64,000 bases of DNA from positions 33,170,001-33,234,000 of the forward strand of contig OZ024746.1 of NCBI GenBank assembly GCA_964016885.1, in the 5' to 3' direction. Below the pieces are notes generated by a model. It did not search any database. It was given only the letters and a program-made list of their open reading frames with translations, and was not told where the DNA came from. This stretch comes from Eledone cirrhosa. Its lineage: Eukaryota. Numbering within the stretch: the first letter of the stretch is position 1; every line of letters begins with the position of its first letter. This document shows, piece after piece, positions 13,401 to 26,525 of this stretch. The translations under genes and the position numbers were made by a program.

Positions 13401-14030
13401 TAGCCCGTCAGCATTCATCTCCTCAGTGGCCGTATCTCTGTTCCAGGTATTATTTATCTCAGTATTCAGATCATTGTCTGCTTCGGGTGGTTCCTCCGTT
13501 CTCAGGACCTCCTCACCTTCATTTCCCGCCGGCTCGCTTGTCTGGTATACTACACCCGCCATCTCCAAGCCATTCTCTCTGCTCAGTTCCTCCAGTTCCA
13601 GCTCGCTTATCCACCCATTAGTTCTTATTACCCGAGCCTGCCCGGCCAATTTTTGTTCATCTAATTTAAATAAACCAATCTCGTTCCAGATGTTATGCAT
13701 CCGTCTCCTGTAGCCCCTCTCCTTGGGGTTACTTTTCAGGTAGCATTGCATAACAGTTCTATTCAATTCTTTCGTCCAGTTGGTTCTGGCCCCTTTCCTT
13801 CTTCTTCTTCCTCCAACATCAGCAGTATTTGGTTGACAGTCAGGTTCCTGCTGCTGAGCCAGGGGGCACCTGTTGGGTGAGAGTCTGTCACATGACGTTC
13901 TAGTCTCCATTTCACCGTTATTCGAACTGTTTATGTTCGATATTTAAACACTCTTATCGAGGAGTGGCGAATGTATGTTTACATAGCCATCTGTGGATCC
14001 GCCATCCCACTTGGCCCTTGTGTGGCATTA
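10445..14030 (-). mobile_element. Near full-length R4/Dong-like LINE (5' boundary uncertain)
   Basis: A 3' UTR of about 70 nt ends in an (AAT/AAC)n-like tract on the element strand, consistent with Dong-type TAA targeting. Confidence 0.8.
10518..13910 (-). CDS. R4/Dong-clade non-LTR retrotransposon ORF: reverse transcriptase, zinc knuckle and restriction-like endonuclease
   Basis: 1130 aa open frame. RT motifs KSPGPDG, NYRPITCL, EQKG, WIDYRKAFD, GIFQGDSLSP, LFMDD; CRIC..H; RHD; RPD..D..K (RLE). GC-richer than the flanks. Confidence 0.95.
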   Translation of the reverse strand: METRTSCDRLSPNRCPLAQQQEPDCQPNTADVGGRRRRKGARTNWTKELNRTVMQCYLKSNPKERGYRRRMHNIWNEIGLFKLDEQKLAGQARVIRTNGWISELELEELSRENGLEMAGVVYQTSEPAGNEGEEVLRTEEPPEADNDLNTEINNTWNRDTATEEMNADGLGQDSVDILNLVVDELNNDSERPMNLRFVDRKKLKETTAKVNKVIPYLEARSLHQCNNILKATANTVRKLLGIKARGNNRQERAEPWWKKRLSGQIGEMRNDIGKLESLLNGTLKNIGTKNRLEIKYKTRSKKLNIIIEELKQRIVAKSAKIRRYENRVSQYKQNRMFDNNQKMLFGQLEGKERGNDLIPGAEQAKTFWRGIWEQDVRHNAQAGWIETVQREIGEQAQQQTDLSITVETLKGQAKKLTNWKSPGPDGVQGYWIKHLTSLHPKLTAMFNDCLVSGEVPEWLTKGTTVLIMKDRIKGNDVTNYRPITCLPVMWKLLTSIVSEEIYHHLHTNNLLPDEQKGCRKKSRGTKDQLLIDKMVMGNCRRRHTDLAMGWIDYRKAFDMVPHSWITKSLEIFRVADNIRQLLGRSMGSWETELTSTGVSLGSVKIKRGIFQGDSLSPLLFVLALMPLTIMLRKVRAGYKLGRGELTINHLLFMDDLKLFGKSEKELDVLVDTVRIFSNDICMQFGIGKCGVIVMKRGRLSRGNGIQIPTGEMIKEIDSEEGYKYFGVLEADGIKNKKMKELLRTEYIRRVRSVLKSHLNSRNAISAVNSRAVSIIRYSAGILRWNVAEQKEMDRKTRKLLTIYNMFHKRSDVDRLYLRRSEGGRGLISIEDCVQMEKNNLYKYVTYSKEPMLRAVLKEGTVGQGISKEEITSRRKSSLKGKSLHSTFFEKTEFRDPQTWNWLRRGDLKKATEGMLMAAQEQALKTKWLKHHIYKEEASPLCRICGEREETVAHIVSEGKHLAQTHYKGWRHDVMGRVIHWHLCKVNNLPHSEKWYEHRPEAVMENSQVKVLWDFRIQTDKKLEHNRPDLVVVDKEKRSCLIVDVACPFDTRVQEKEREKINRYQDLKWEVKRIWNCHEVKVIPIVIGALGTISKGFQGWLKKIGPFTLFGTLQKACLLGTARTLRYVLNI

Positions 14031-14976
14031 TCACCACGTTGTATACGAACACACATAAACAAACAAACACACGGGCAGAAAGGGCCCCAAAAATGAATAA
14101 GCATAAGTTTCATTGTAATGTAGTATTCGAATGTCTGACTTAGTTTTTGTTTTTTAAGTTTTACTTTTTCCCCCCTCTTCTCTGTCCGTCCGCCTGCTTC
14201 TCTCTTCATTCTTATTTTCTTTACGATTTTGGGGTTTCTTTTTTTGTTTTTGTTTTTCTCTGTTTGTTTTTCTCGTTTTTTGCTGTTGTTGCTGTGCTGC
14301 TTTGGTTTTGTTGTTTGTTTTTTCTTTTTTCTTTTGAGTCTATCTATATATTTTGATGCCTTCCTCTTTGTTAGTAGTAGGAATTCTATTATGTGGAAGT
14401 GGCAGCCAGCAGAGACTGGCGGCGTTGGCAATACTGAGACAGTGGTGGTGGTGATGTCGATACCGAGGCAGTGGTGGCGGTGATGCGACCGTATTACTGT
14501 AGTGATGGTGCTGTAGCGGTGGCAGCAGCAGTGAAGGAGTCAAGGGGTGGTGGCGGCGGTGATGGGATAGTGGTGGTAATGATGGCCGTAGTGAGCGGTG
14601 GCGGTGAAGGTGAAAATGCTGTTGTGTTTAGTGTACACAGATGATGGGGTGGGTGGTGTATCTAGTTTCTGGTGTTGGTGAGTTTAGCTGTCCTATATAG
14701 TGTAGCCAGAGGAGAGGAGGGGGGGGGGGTTCTTCTTCTTCCATTTATAGCCATTTTTTTTTTTGGATATACAGTGTACAATACAAAGTTGAATATTTGA
14801 ATATTTGAGCCTTATAACAATATATTTTGGGTCCGAATTTTTTGGGGCTCAAGCCGGGTGCTTTACGTAGCATTTGTACTAAGAGTTGTTATTTCATAAA
14901 TGATTTAAATATGTTAAAAATTCAAAACTTACGGGAGCGATTTCATGACCTCCGTCACCTCGTGCGTCTTCTTCCC

Positions 14977-15046
<70 letters not shown>
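14977..15046. repeat. (TTA)n microsatellite
   Basis: Seen directly in sequence. Confidence 0.95.
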
Positions 15047-15551
15047 CATTAGTAGTAGTAGTACTAGTAGTAGTAATAGCAGTAATAGGAATTTCAGGTA
15101 TTTCATTTCTTTAGTAGATTTAACTATGCTTCTACTAGTAGTATTAATATTATTAACGTAATCCTATTCCTCCTTTTCGCCACCACCAACACCACCACTA
15201 CCGCCATCATCATGCGCCTCCTACTCCTCATTATGCTTCACTTTAAGACTTCTCCGCTTTCAATTCAACCATCGTTAGTAAAAAAAAAATATTAACACAT
15301 CAAATAATTCAGTGGCACGAAGGATTCCAATTCAAATATCCATCTATATCATTGTCATTCAAGCAAACTATCTTGTATACATTTGGTACATAGGCGTCTG
15401 TCAGTTTGTCTGTCAGTTCGTCTGTCGATCGCATTACGTCTCATTCTACCATCGTAAGCTTGTAACGAAGTGTTTTATTATATATGATATATATATATAT
15501 AATATAATATAATATATATATATATATATCATATATATATATATATATATA

Positions 15552-15626
<75 letters not shown>

Positions 15627-15660
15627 TATGTATGTATATATGTATATATATGTATATATA

Positions 15661-15850
15661 ACGAAGGAGTTGTGGTGAGGAACCAGATGGACCATAACGC
15701 ACCAGAGTACTCAATACTTAAGGTAGTAGAATGGGTAATAGGAAAAGGTATGCCCCCGACGGCAGAGCTCAAGCCGTTTCGACGGCTATTTCAGAGAAAT
15801 AGCCGTCGAAACGGCTTGAGCTCTGCCGTCGGGGGCATACCTTTTCCTAT
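15661..15850. mobile_element. Family A fold-back element
   Basis: Perfect 55-bp arms 15738-15792 and 15796-15850 with a 3-nt loop. Flanked by (TA)n. Confidence 0.8.
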
Positions 15851-15877
15851 ATATATATATATATATATATTTATACG

Positions 15878-15983
<106 letters not shown>

Positions 15984-16216
15984 TAAGTATGTACATATCT
16001 ATTTCTTTTTATATACTTATATGTACTTGTGTGATAATATATTCACACAGACACACAACACATGCACACGCGCGCGCGTGCGCGGGTACACACACACACA
16101 CACTCTCACACACACACATATATATATATAATTGTAAGCAAATATTCTCATTGCTACAATATCGATCAACTGATCTCACATCTATATCTATATACATCCC
16201 CCTCTCTCTCTATCTG

Positions 16217-16291
<75 letters not shown>

Positions 16292-16407
16292 ATGCATATA
16301 TATATATATATATATATGTACATATATATATATATGCATACATATATATATGTACATATATATATATATGCATACATGTGTGTATGTGTATATGCATATA
16401 TATATAT

Positions 16408-16438
<31 letters not shown>

Positions 16439-16468
16439 AATATTGGCAACATGACCCTCCCAAAGTAT

Positions 16469-16527
<59 letters not shown>

Positions 16528-16581
16528 CATACATACATACACATTATTATATATAAATATACATACCTATTATATAAATAT

Positions 16582-16630
<49 letters not shown>

Positions 16631-16636
<6 letters not shown>

Positions 16637-16660
16637 ACACAAACTCACACACACAGAGAA

Positions 16661-16724
<64 letters not shown>

Positions 16725-16748
16725 TTCCCTCTGTGTGTGAGTTTGTGT

Positions 16749-16753
<5 letters not shown>
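16631..16753. repeat. Inverted duplication centred on a (TA)n tract
   Basis: ataaacacacaaactcacacaca..aaattt (TA)n aaattt..tgtgtgtgagtttgtgtgtttat. Confidence 0.8.
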
Positions 16754-16797
<44 letters not shown>

Positions 16798-16853
16798 ATA
16801 TTTATATAATAGGTATGTATATTTATATATAATAATGTGTATGTATGTATATG

Positions 16854-16965
<112 letters not shown>

Positions 16966-17213
16966 CAAGAATTTATGCATAAATTGGTGTATATATATAT
17001 ATCTATGTATGCATGTGTTCCTTTGTGTGTTTGTGTTTAGGTGAGATTGTTCAGAGGATTAGACCATTTTGAAAATTCAGTTTTCTTCCATTTTCAGACA
17101 TGTGTATCCCTATGCAAATATATATGTCGTCATGCATTGACAGATAAATGGGTCGATTGACAGGTCAATATATTATTAATAGTAGGAAGCATTCAAGAGA
17201 AAACGAACGAACG

Positions 17214-17260
<47 letters not shown>

Positions 17261-17282
17261 TTAGTAGTAGTAACAGTAGTAC

Positions 17283-17317
<35 letters not shown>

Positions 17318-17651
17318 ATAACAGTAGTAGTAGTAGTATTAATATTATCGTATATCATAAATATATAATCATAGGCATATATCTATACATACTCTCGATC
17401 ATATTCACACACACACACGTCATACACACACACATTACACACACACACACACACACATACATACAGACACACACACACACACATACGCACACACACACAC
17501 ACTCAGACTCACACAGACATACACACGGGTCGTCTTCGTGTGTGGTTGTTCACATATTACGATTTTCAAAGTAATATGATGAATAGATATTGAATTAAAT
17601 GTATTGCATAATCCCTCCAATGGCGAATATATAAATGTAGGCTCACGTACA

Positions 17652-17687
<36 letters not shown>

Positions 17688-17692
17688 CATAA

Positions 17693-17748
<56 letters not shown>

Positions 17749-17798
17749 GTGTTTGTGTGTGTACATATATATATATATATATAAATATATATATACAC

Positions 17799-17977
<179 letters not shown>

Positions 17978-18289
17978 GATATATATATATATATATATAC
18001 AACTATGTGTGTGAATGTATATTTGAGCGTGAGTGTGTGCTTGTGATTGTCTGTAAAGTGTTTATAAACCCAATCATATGCAACGAACAAGGCACCAAAT
18101 GTTTTGGAAAGGGTAAATAGAGATAGTTATTCTACTTATGTTATATGTGCATGCTAATCGTAAATATATATACTATATCAGCATGTTCTACGAATGAACA
18201 GCATCATCCCATATACTGCCACATAAAAGACCAATGAGGAAATGATGTAAATTGATAGGAGAAAAATATGTACGTACAGACGTGTGTGC

Positions 18290-18331
<42 letters not shown>

Positions 18332-18351
<20 letters not shown>

Positions 18352-18399
18352 TATGTATACAGCCGTACTAAGAGTGAGAAATGAAATTTCCATTTTTCC

Positions 18400-18437
<38 letters not shown>

Positions 18438-18482
18438 GGAAAAAAGGAAATTTCATTTCTCACTCTTAGTACGGCTGTATAC

Positions 18483-18527
<45 letters not shown>
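18332..18527. repeat. Inverted duplication centred on (TA)n, including a family B 3' tail and a (GA)n tract
   Basis: 18351-18412 is the reverse complement of 18434-18487. The tail matches 1066-1113. Confidence 0.85.
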
Positions 18528-18563
<36 letters not shown>

Positions 18564-18787
18564 TATAGAGAGAGAGATAGAGAGAGGGAGGGAGAGAGAG
18601 AGCTAGAGGGAAAGGGAAAGAGAGAGGGGAGAGAGAGCGAGAGAGCGCGAGAGAAAGAAATGAACTTTGCAATTTCATTCGTACGATGGTTTCTTACGGA
18701 AGAAACAGTTTTAGTCCTCTAGAAATCATTTATATAAAGATCCCTTAAATCTACTAAAATATTTTGTACTTTTTTTATGACGTCATT

Positions 18788-19288
18788 CCCCCTCATCATA
18801 CACATCTGGATTCCATCCGTATCTACCTGTTGAAACGGCAGGAGCTCAGCCGATGGGGTCCCACATTTTTCATATTACCCACTCTACTACCCCAACTATT
18901 GAGTATTGAGTACTCTGGTGTGTAATGGTCTGACAGGTTTTTACCGCATCGATTTTGATATATATATATATATATTTACATATATATATGTATATATATA
19001 TATCGGAGAGGATGTGGTAAAAACCTGTTAGACCATTACACACCCGAGTACTTGTTAGTTGGGGTAGTAGAGTGGATAATATGAAAAAATTCAGGACGAG
19101 TTCCGGAATCTAGTTGAACTCCTCAATGGTTATAGTCCATGTAAGATTTTTTTTGCACAGACTGTCTTCCCATATATGTACTATACTTCTTGAACAGCTC
19201 AGCTAGATTCCTGCCGCTCGAATACCGACGCTTTAGTTCGGATCTAGCTGTGAAACGGCCGGAAATCAGCCGTCGGGGTCCTGAATTT

Positions 19289-19319
<31 letters not shown>

Positions 19320-19521
19320 GGAAAAAGTATGACCCCGACGGCAGTATTCAAGCCGTTTCGACGGCTATTTCTGGACTATTTGAATCCAGAAATAGCCGTC
19401 GAAACGGCTTGAGCTCTGCCATCGGGTTCATAATTTTTTCTATTTCCCACTCTACTACCCTAAGTATTGAGTACTCTGGTGCGTTATGGTCGATCTGGTT
19501 CCTTACCACAATTCCTTTGTT
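18788..19521. mobile_element. Cluster of four family A fragments in mixed orientation
   Basis: Shared 'gaaacggc..gccgtcggggtc' and/or 'cccactctactaccc..tattgagtactctggtg' motifs at 18790-18958 (+), 19002-19097 (-), 19190-19293 (+) and 19319-19521 (fold-back). Confidence 0.75.
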
Positions 19522-20350
19522 ATATATATATATATATATATATATAGATAGATAGATATATATGCTTTATGATTGAGTGAAAGGAGTACTCAATACGGAA
19601 GTAAAGTTTTACTATTACTTGTTTTAAGGCTGAGGTTTGTTATTCATGACTCTTCCAGGAATAGGTGGGAGAAGAAGTAGAAGATGATGATAACGACGAT
19701 AGTGACGACGACGACGATGACGAAGAAGAAGAAGAAGAAGAAGAAGAAGAAGAAGAAGAAGAAGAAGAAGAAGAAGAAGAAGAAGAAGAACATAAAAAAA
19801 TAAATGTGATTATATAAACGTGACATCTTTATTTAACGGTGAGAAAATCCATATTGTTCACATCATGATTTTGTTGTTTCAGGGATAATTAGACACCCAA
19901 ACAACATACTATCCTTGGGTTAAACGTGTTTGTTTTGCCTATATATGTTTATTACTGCTATTAAAAACCTTTATGTTGGTGAAGGTGTGTGTTAGTAAAA
20001 CCTGTAAGGAAACCTATATATATTTGTCTGATTTGCTAGATAAAGCAATCATGTCTCACTGAAATTCACAACACAGTGCGTTAAGAAAAGCCGTATTTGG
20101 TACAGCTAGAATATGTTTAATTCTTTCTGCTCAAATAATCAGAAAATAACAACAACAGATTAATTCCATTGTTTATTTAGTTCCCTTTAACTTGCAATTC
20201 CGTGTATAAGAAATATAATCATTAGGCACTGATTCTCTCCAATAATCTGCAGGATTCTATTAAATATAACCCTCTAGCATTTGTGTGGTCCTGCTTCATT
20301 ATTAAAATTCTGATTATTCCTGTGTTACAAATGTTATTATTGTTGTTGTT

Positions 20351-20916
20351 CTTTACGATCTGAGTTCAAATCCCGCCGAGGTTAACTTTGCCTTTCGTCC
20401 ATACAGAGGTCGATAAAATAAAGTACCAGTCACACACTGGGGTCGATTTTATCGACTTTCCCCTCCACCAAAATTGCTGGCATTGCGCCTATATAAGAAA
20501 CCATTATTATAAGTCATCGGTGGATTGGCAGTATCGGTAGAGAGTCGGACGCCATGCTTTGACGCATAGAGTTACGGACCTTGCCATTCTGAGTTCAAAT
20601 CCCGCCGAGGTTAACTTTGCCTTTCATCCTTACGGGGTCGATAAAATAAAGTACCAGTAATACACTGGTTAATTGCTGGCCTTGTGCCAAAAGTAGAAAC
20701 AATTATTATAAGTCATCAACCGGAGGATTGGCAGTATCGTTAGAGAGTCGCCATGCTTTCCAACATTGTTACGTCACTTTACAGTCTGAGTTCAAATCCC
20801 GCTGAGGTCAACTTTGCCTTTCATCCTTACGGCTTCGATATAATAAAGTATCAGTAATGTACTGAGTAATTGCTGGCCTTGTGCCAAAATTAGAAACAAT
20901 TATTATAAGTCATCAA
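20351..20916 (+). mobile_element. Three tandem tRNA-derived SINE copies (Meta-like central domain, ATT tail)
   Basis: A-box TGGCAGTATCGG, B-box GAGTTCAAATCC, 'ctttgcctttcatccttacggggtcgataaaataaagtacc', tail attattat. Copies start at 20351, 20519 and 20722. Confidence 0.9.
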
Positions 20917-21685
20917 TGTCTGAAATCATACATATATAAACTATATTATCTAACGTAGTCTGAGATGTATTTTATAAGAATTTATAGTGTTATTACTAGC
21001 AGGCGAAAAGACTGCGCAGATTTTCTCTCATTGGATTAAATTGATGTTATTGATGTTATTGCCAACTCAATTACAGAAACTGCGCGAAATCTACAATACG
21101 TTCAAACGTGTTGCTTGACACCTCTCATTCTTAATGTATGCATTATGGATTATAAGGGGGATTCAAGAAACAAAGTGATGAGAATCCATATGTAGAATTG
21201 ATCTTAGCAATTGATTTAGCAAATCTATAATCATGATATTCGGTAACCCCATTGTATTACGGACTAATTAGTATAAATCATACTAATTTGAAAAAAAAAG
21301 AGTATATTCTTTTATTTTTGTCTAATTAATCCCAATAAACTCAGGGCACATTGAACGAGACAGGTACAGTCTGCTTATGACGAACACTTTCTTTCAGTGA
21401 AAGATAATTGTGATTATTATATCGGCGTCAATTTTTTTCTATCTCTTTGCTAAGTTGAAATCAATGTTAAATGGCCATCATTTTGGAACTGTGGAAACAT
21501 ACAAAAATTTATTAACCAAGAGCTCGGAATCTCTAAAAAAAAAAATGACTTCCCATACTTTCAGATCAATGGAAAAAAAAATGTAGTCACTGTGCGAATT
21601 CCCAAGGGTCGTATTTTGAAGTAATTCCATTTACGTCTAATATGCATTTAAATAAAACATAAGTAGCCTTACTTTTGGGACTAAC

Positions 21686-21772
<87 letters not shown>

Positions 21773-21844
21773 AAGAGTAAAAACGATATGTGTAAGGGTG
21801 TAATTATGTATTTATATATATATATATATATATATAGGTTTTAC

Positions 21845-21981
21845 TTTGTGTCTCTCCTTCTTTATGTCCTACACCATCTTGTTTTTGTGTTTGTTTTTTA
21901 TTGGCAGCATGGCCCTCCCAAAGTATAACAATATCTGCTTCAACACACGTTTTCTGATAAGAAATCTTGCAAAACACATTC
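21845..21981 (+). mobile_element. Family H (Penelope-like) 3' tail fragment
   Basis: 'ttggcagcatggccctcccaaagtataacaatatc..caacacacgttttc' shared with 30277-30368 and 16442-16473. Confidence 0.65.
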
Positions 21982-22012
21982 TATATATATATACATACAT
22001 ACGCACACAAAG

Positions 22013-22044
<32 letters not shown>

Positions 22045-22102
22045 ACACACATACACACACACGCGCACACACACATATATATATATATATTTATACATAC
22101 AG

Positions 22103-22142
<40 letters not shown>

Positions 22143-22182
22143 ATATATATATATATATATATACATATATATATACATACAT

Positions 22183-22232
<50 letters not shown>

Positions 22233-22235
22233 ATG

Positions 22236-22268
<33 letters not shown>

Positions 22269-22317
22269 ATATATACACACATATATACACACAGACACAC
22301 AGACACACAGACACACT

Positions 22318-22356
<39 letters not shown>

Positions 22357-22821
22357 TTATTATAAGAATAGATTATATATATTATGTATATATATAAATG
22401 TAGTGACAGCAAGATCATATCGTCTAGAATTACTCAAAAATGGTTTTGCAAAAGAATATAAAAAATTACATAAAATACGTAGTATACAAAAGAATTAGAG
22501 ACATTAGGATAGATGACATCTCATAGAGGAATATAATATAATATATATAATGAAATGCATCCTTGTATAGTATCTATCTATCTGACCGTTCCTCTGTCTA
22601 TCTGTTTAAGTCTCTATCGTCCTCTCACTATATATATCTATCGCTCTATCTATCTCTCTTTCTCCATATTTATTTTTGTTATATTTTATTTTATTTTTAT
22701 ATCTTGTTATTGCCTCTTCCTTATTGAGGACTCCTTTTTATGTAAACTCCCCCCCCCCATTGCACTTGTCCCACTTTTTGATGCCCTGGTGGCAAATAAA
22801 AAGAAAGTTATCTATCTATGT

Positions 22822-23010
22822 GGTGGATGTGCAGTATCGGTAGAGTGTCGGACACCATTCTTTGATGCATAGAGTTACGGCCCTTGCCATTCTGTGTTCA
22901 AATCTCGCCGAGGTAAACTTTGCCTTTCATCCTTACGGGGTCGATAAAATAAAGTACCAGTAATGTACTGGGTAATTGCTGGCCTTGTGCCAATAGTAGA
23001 AACAATTATA
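22822..23010 (+). mobile_element. tRNA-derived SINE
   Basis: Same family as 20519. Confidence 0.9.
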
Positions 23011-23214
23011 TTTTCTATGCGAAAGAAACACAGAGGTATATACTCATATTTATATACATACATAAATACATATATTATGAAACATACATAGACACGTATA
23101 AATATTTATGTTCACAAGATTTCATACATACATATATATATATATCCATATTCATATATAGTAGTCATAAGTACATTCATAGAAAAATACATAGATACAT
23201 TCAAACATACATAG

Positions 23215-23795
23215 AGACATACGTACTTACACAGATACATACATACATACATACATACATACAGACAGACATACATACAGAGATACAAAACATTCACTCA
23301 CACGTACATACATAGAAACATACATACATACATATATATATACATATATACATACATACATATATATACATACATACATACACACATACATACATACATA
23401 CATACATACATACATACATACATACATACATACATACATACATACATACATACATACATACAGAGATACAAAACATTCACTCACACGTACATACATAGAA
23501 ACATACATACATATATATATACATATATACATACATACATATATATACATACATACATACACATACATACATACATACATACATACATACATACATACAT
23601 ACATACATACAGACATACATACAGAGATACAAAACATTCACTCACACGTACATACATAGAAACACATACATATATATATACATATATACATACATACATA
23701 CATATATATACATATATATATACATACATACACACACATACATACATACATACATACATACATGCATACATACATACATACATACATACATACAT
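23215..23795. repeat. Compound (CATA)n array with a 42-bp unique spacer repeated three times
   Basis: 'cagagatacaaaacattcactcacacgtacatacatagaaac' at about 23278, 23461 and 23622. Confidence 0.85.
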
Positions 23796-23928
23796 GTATG
23801 GTGTATTACGTATATGAGAAGGGAATTTGCTTCTAGAAATTAGAGGAATCATAAAAGTTTATCTTCATAGGTTTCGGATATTTCTTCTGATTTTGTCTTG
23901 AATCAGGTAACTTGATCGATATAAATTA

Positions 23929-23961
<33 letters not shown>

Positions 23962-24014
23962 AACAAATATATACTCATGCATACGGAAACACATTTTATA
24001 TATATATACATGTA

Positions 24015-24086
<72 letters not shown>

Positions 24087-24167
24087 AATATATATATATA
24101 TACATATAAATATATATAAATATATATAAATATATATATATATATAAATATATATAAGAATATATAC

Positions 24168-24232
<65 letters not shown>

Positions 24233-24243
24233 AATATATATAA

Positions 24244-24380
<137 letters not shown>

Positions 24381-24794
24381 AATATATATAAGAATATATA
24401 TATATATTTATATATAATATATATACCTATAAAGCTGTTGTATGATTGTTTATAGTTTGGTATATGATTCTATTTTCGAAATTCTTTCGTGTCCGTTCAT
24501 TTTACCTTTCGCTATCGTTTTTGTAGTGTTCCTATATTTGAATTTTTTTCTATTTTAGTCTAATTTGATAAATTTCCCTTGGCAATATCATGGACATTAT
24601 TTTCTTTGATAGCACCCTATATATATGTATGCATGTACGTGTGTTTGTATGCGCATCTTTCTATCTCTTTATCTGGAGAAATATACAGAAAGGAAGGGTG
24701 AGCTACACCAATATATAGGTAGTTAACATAAGTATACAAAGCGAGTGCGGTATGTTTACGAGTTTTAACTTGCCTTCCTAATATAAATTTGCAT

Positions 24795-24931
<137 letters not shown>

Positions 24932-25459
24932 AGTCATAAACTTTATAGTTGTCTATTGAGCCAGCCTGTACCTTTGGTTTAATGACCTGAAGCTTTGCAG
25001 ACATAAATCTCTTTCTTCTTCAGTAAGATACGTAAAAAATGTTTAGATAAATAAATAAAACAGCCCCATATGTACTTCTGTTTCTCGATTTCTAGATGAA
25101 ATCGATAAAATGTTGAATTCAGTATTCGTCCGAATACGGCAGTTGCTCAATTTGCTCACAAACTTGGAATTCACAATCCACAATCCGTTATACACAACAC
25201 TTTTCAAAGTAAAGTATTTCGGCGAAAGATGCCCTACAATGATGGAGACAAAAAAAATCAACCCTTCACTGTCAGTTTTCTTCGCTGCCTTAACAACGTA
25301 GTAATCCATTTACATAGCCGTCAACCATTTATCGAGTATTTCATCCCCCATTTATCATGTATCAAGCTGTCAATCAATCAGCACACAACACATACACACA
25401 CACACACACACATGTGTACATACACACACACACATACGTACGCAGAAACGTTTAACGTT

Positions 25460-25514
<55 letters not shown>

Positions 25515-25518
<4 letters not shown>

Positions 25519-25676
25519 AACGAGTATGGCTAATTCTGGACTAAATTTAGTCCAGAAAGGCCGTCGAAACGGCTTGAGCTCAGCCGTCGGGGTCCTACTC
25601 GTTCTTATTACCCACTCTACTACCCTAAGTATTGAGTACTATGGTCCACCTGGTTCCTTACCACATTTCCTTCGTT
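25515..25676 (+). mobile_element. Family A element with palindromic helix II and a short inverted stub
   Basis: ttctggactaaatttagtccagaa palindrome followed by GTC-GAAA-CGGC...GCCG-TC-GGGG. TA-flanked. Confidence 0.75.
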
Positions 25677-25864
25677 ATATATATATATATATATATGTAA
25701 AAGGTAAACAGAAATAACAACACAGTCGGTACATGGAAGGTATATATTAGGTTAACGCTTGACATAGCAGGAATAGGGTCTTAACGTTTCGGACGCTAGT
25801 GCGCCACTGACGAAATGAAAAGAAAAGGAAAAAGACATCACATTTTCATTATAACGTATTGTCA

Positions 25865-26525
25865 TCTATATATATAAAACTGAGGATGTGTGCGCGCGTG
25901 TGTGTGTGTGTGTGTGTGTGTATGAGTTTGAATCCCTAAAACTCGAGAAGTACCCAACCGATTTTTTTCTAGCTTTACATGTGTATTACTTATGTTTCAG
26001 GGTGTGTTATGCACATAAACTCGACTTTTTGATCCACTAAGGCCCGCATTAGGTGAAAAACTGTGTTTTTTCAGCTTTTTAGGGGGTTTTTTGAGGCGTT
26101 GCGTCAGACCGATTTCCTTGAAATTGTAACTATGTATTAGTCAGTCACTTCTTCATACAGTGAGCAAAGAAAATCCAACTTTTTAATGGCCTAGAACCTA
26201 GAACCCGCATTAGGTGAAAAACTTCCTTTTTTCAGCTTTTTAGAGCTTTTTTGAGGCGTTACGTCTAGCTGATTTTCCCGAAATTTCAAGGCCTATTATG
26301 AACATAAAAAAATTCATTTTCTTGATCCCCTAGGGCCCTCGTTAGGTGAAAACCTGCATTTTTCCTGCTTCATTGAGGAACATCTTAAGGATTATCCAGC
26401 CATCAGAGTATTCGGTTTATTTTCTTTACATATTGTCCAGGCATGCAGCTTTTCCACGATTAGGTTTGTTGGCGTCCCGCGTTCCAAAATGCCTTAACCC
26501 GTCCAAGGCCGGATACCACTGCTAG
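25865..26525 (+). mobile_element. Non-autonomous Helitron
   Basis: A|TC 5' end, subterminal hairpin-like sequence and CTAG|T 3' end, internal direct repeats 'cgcattaggtgaaaa'. Second copy at 53999-54712. Confidence 0.85.

Noticed and set aside
10591-13880. Plus-strand ORFs overlapping the LINE
   Set aside because: Antisense shadows of the RT ORF with no independent motifs.
23215-23795. Repeat-spacer pattern resembling a CRISPR array
   Set aside because: Eukaryotic context, the 'spacers' are microsatellite, and there are no cas genes.
25043-25309. Overlapping short ORFs as a possible host exon
   Set aside because: No recognisable protein similarity on either strand. It cannot be excluded without RNA-seq.
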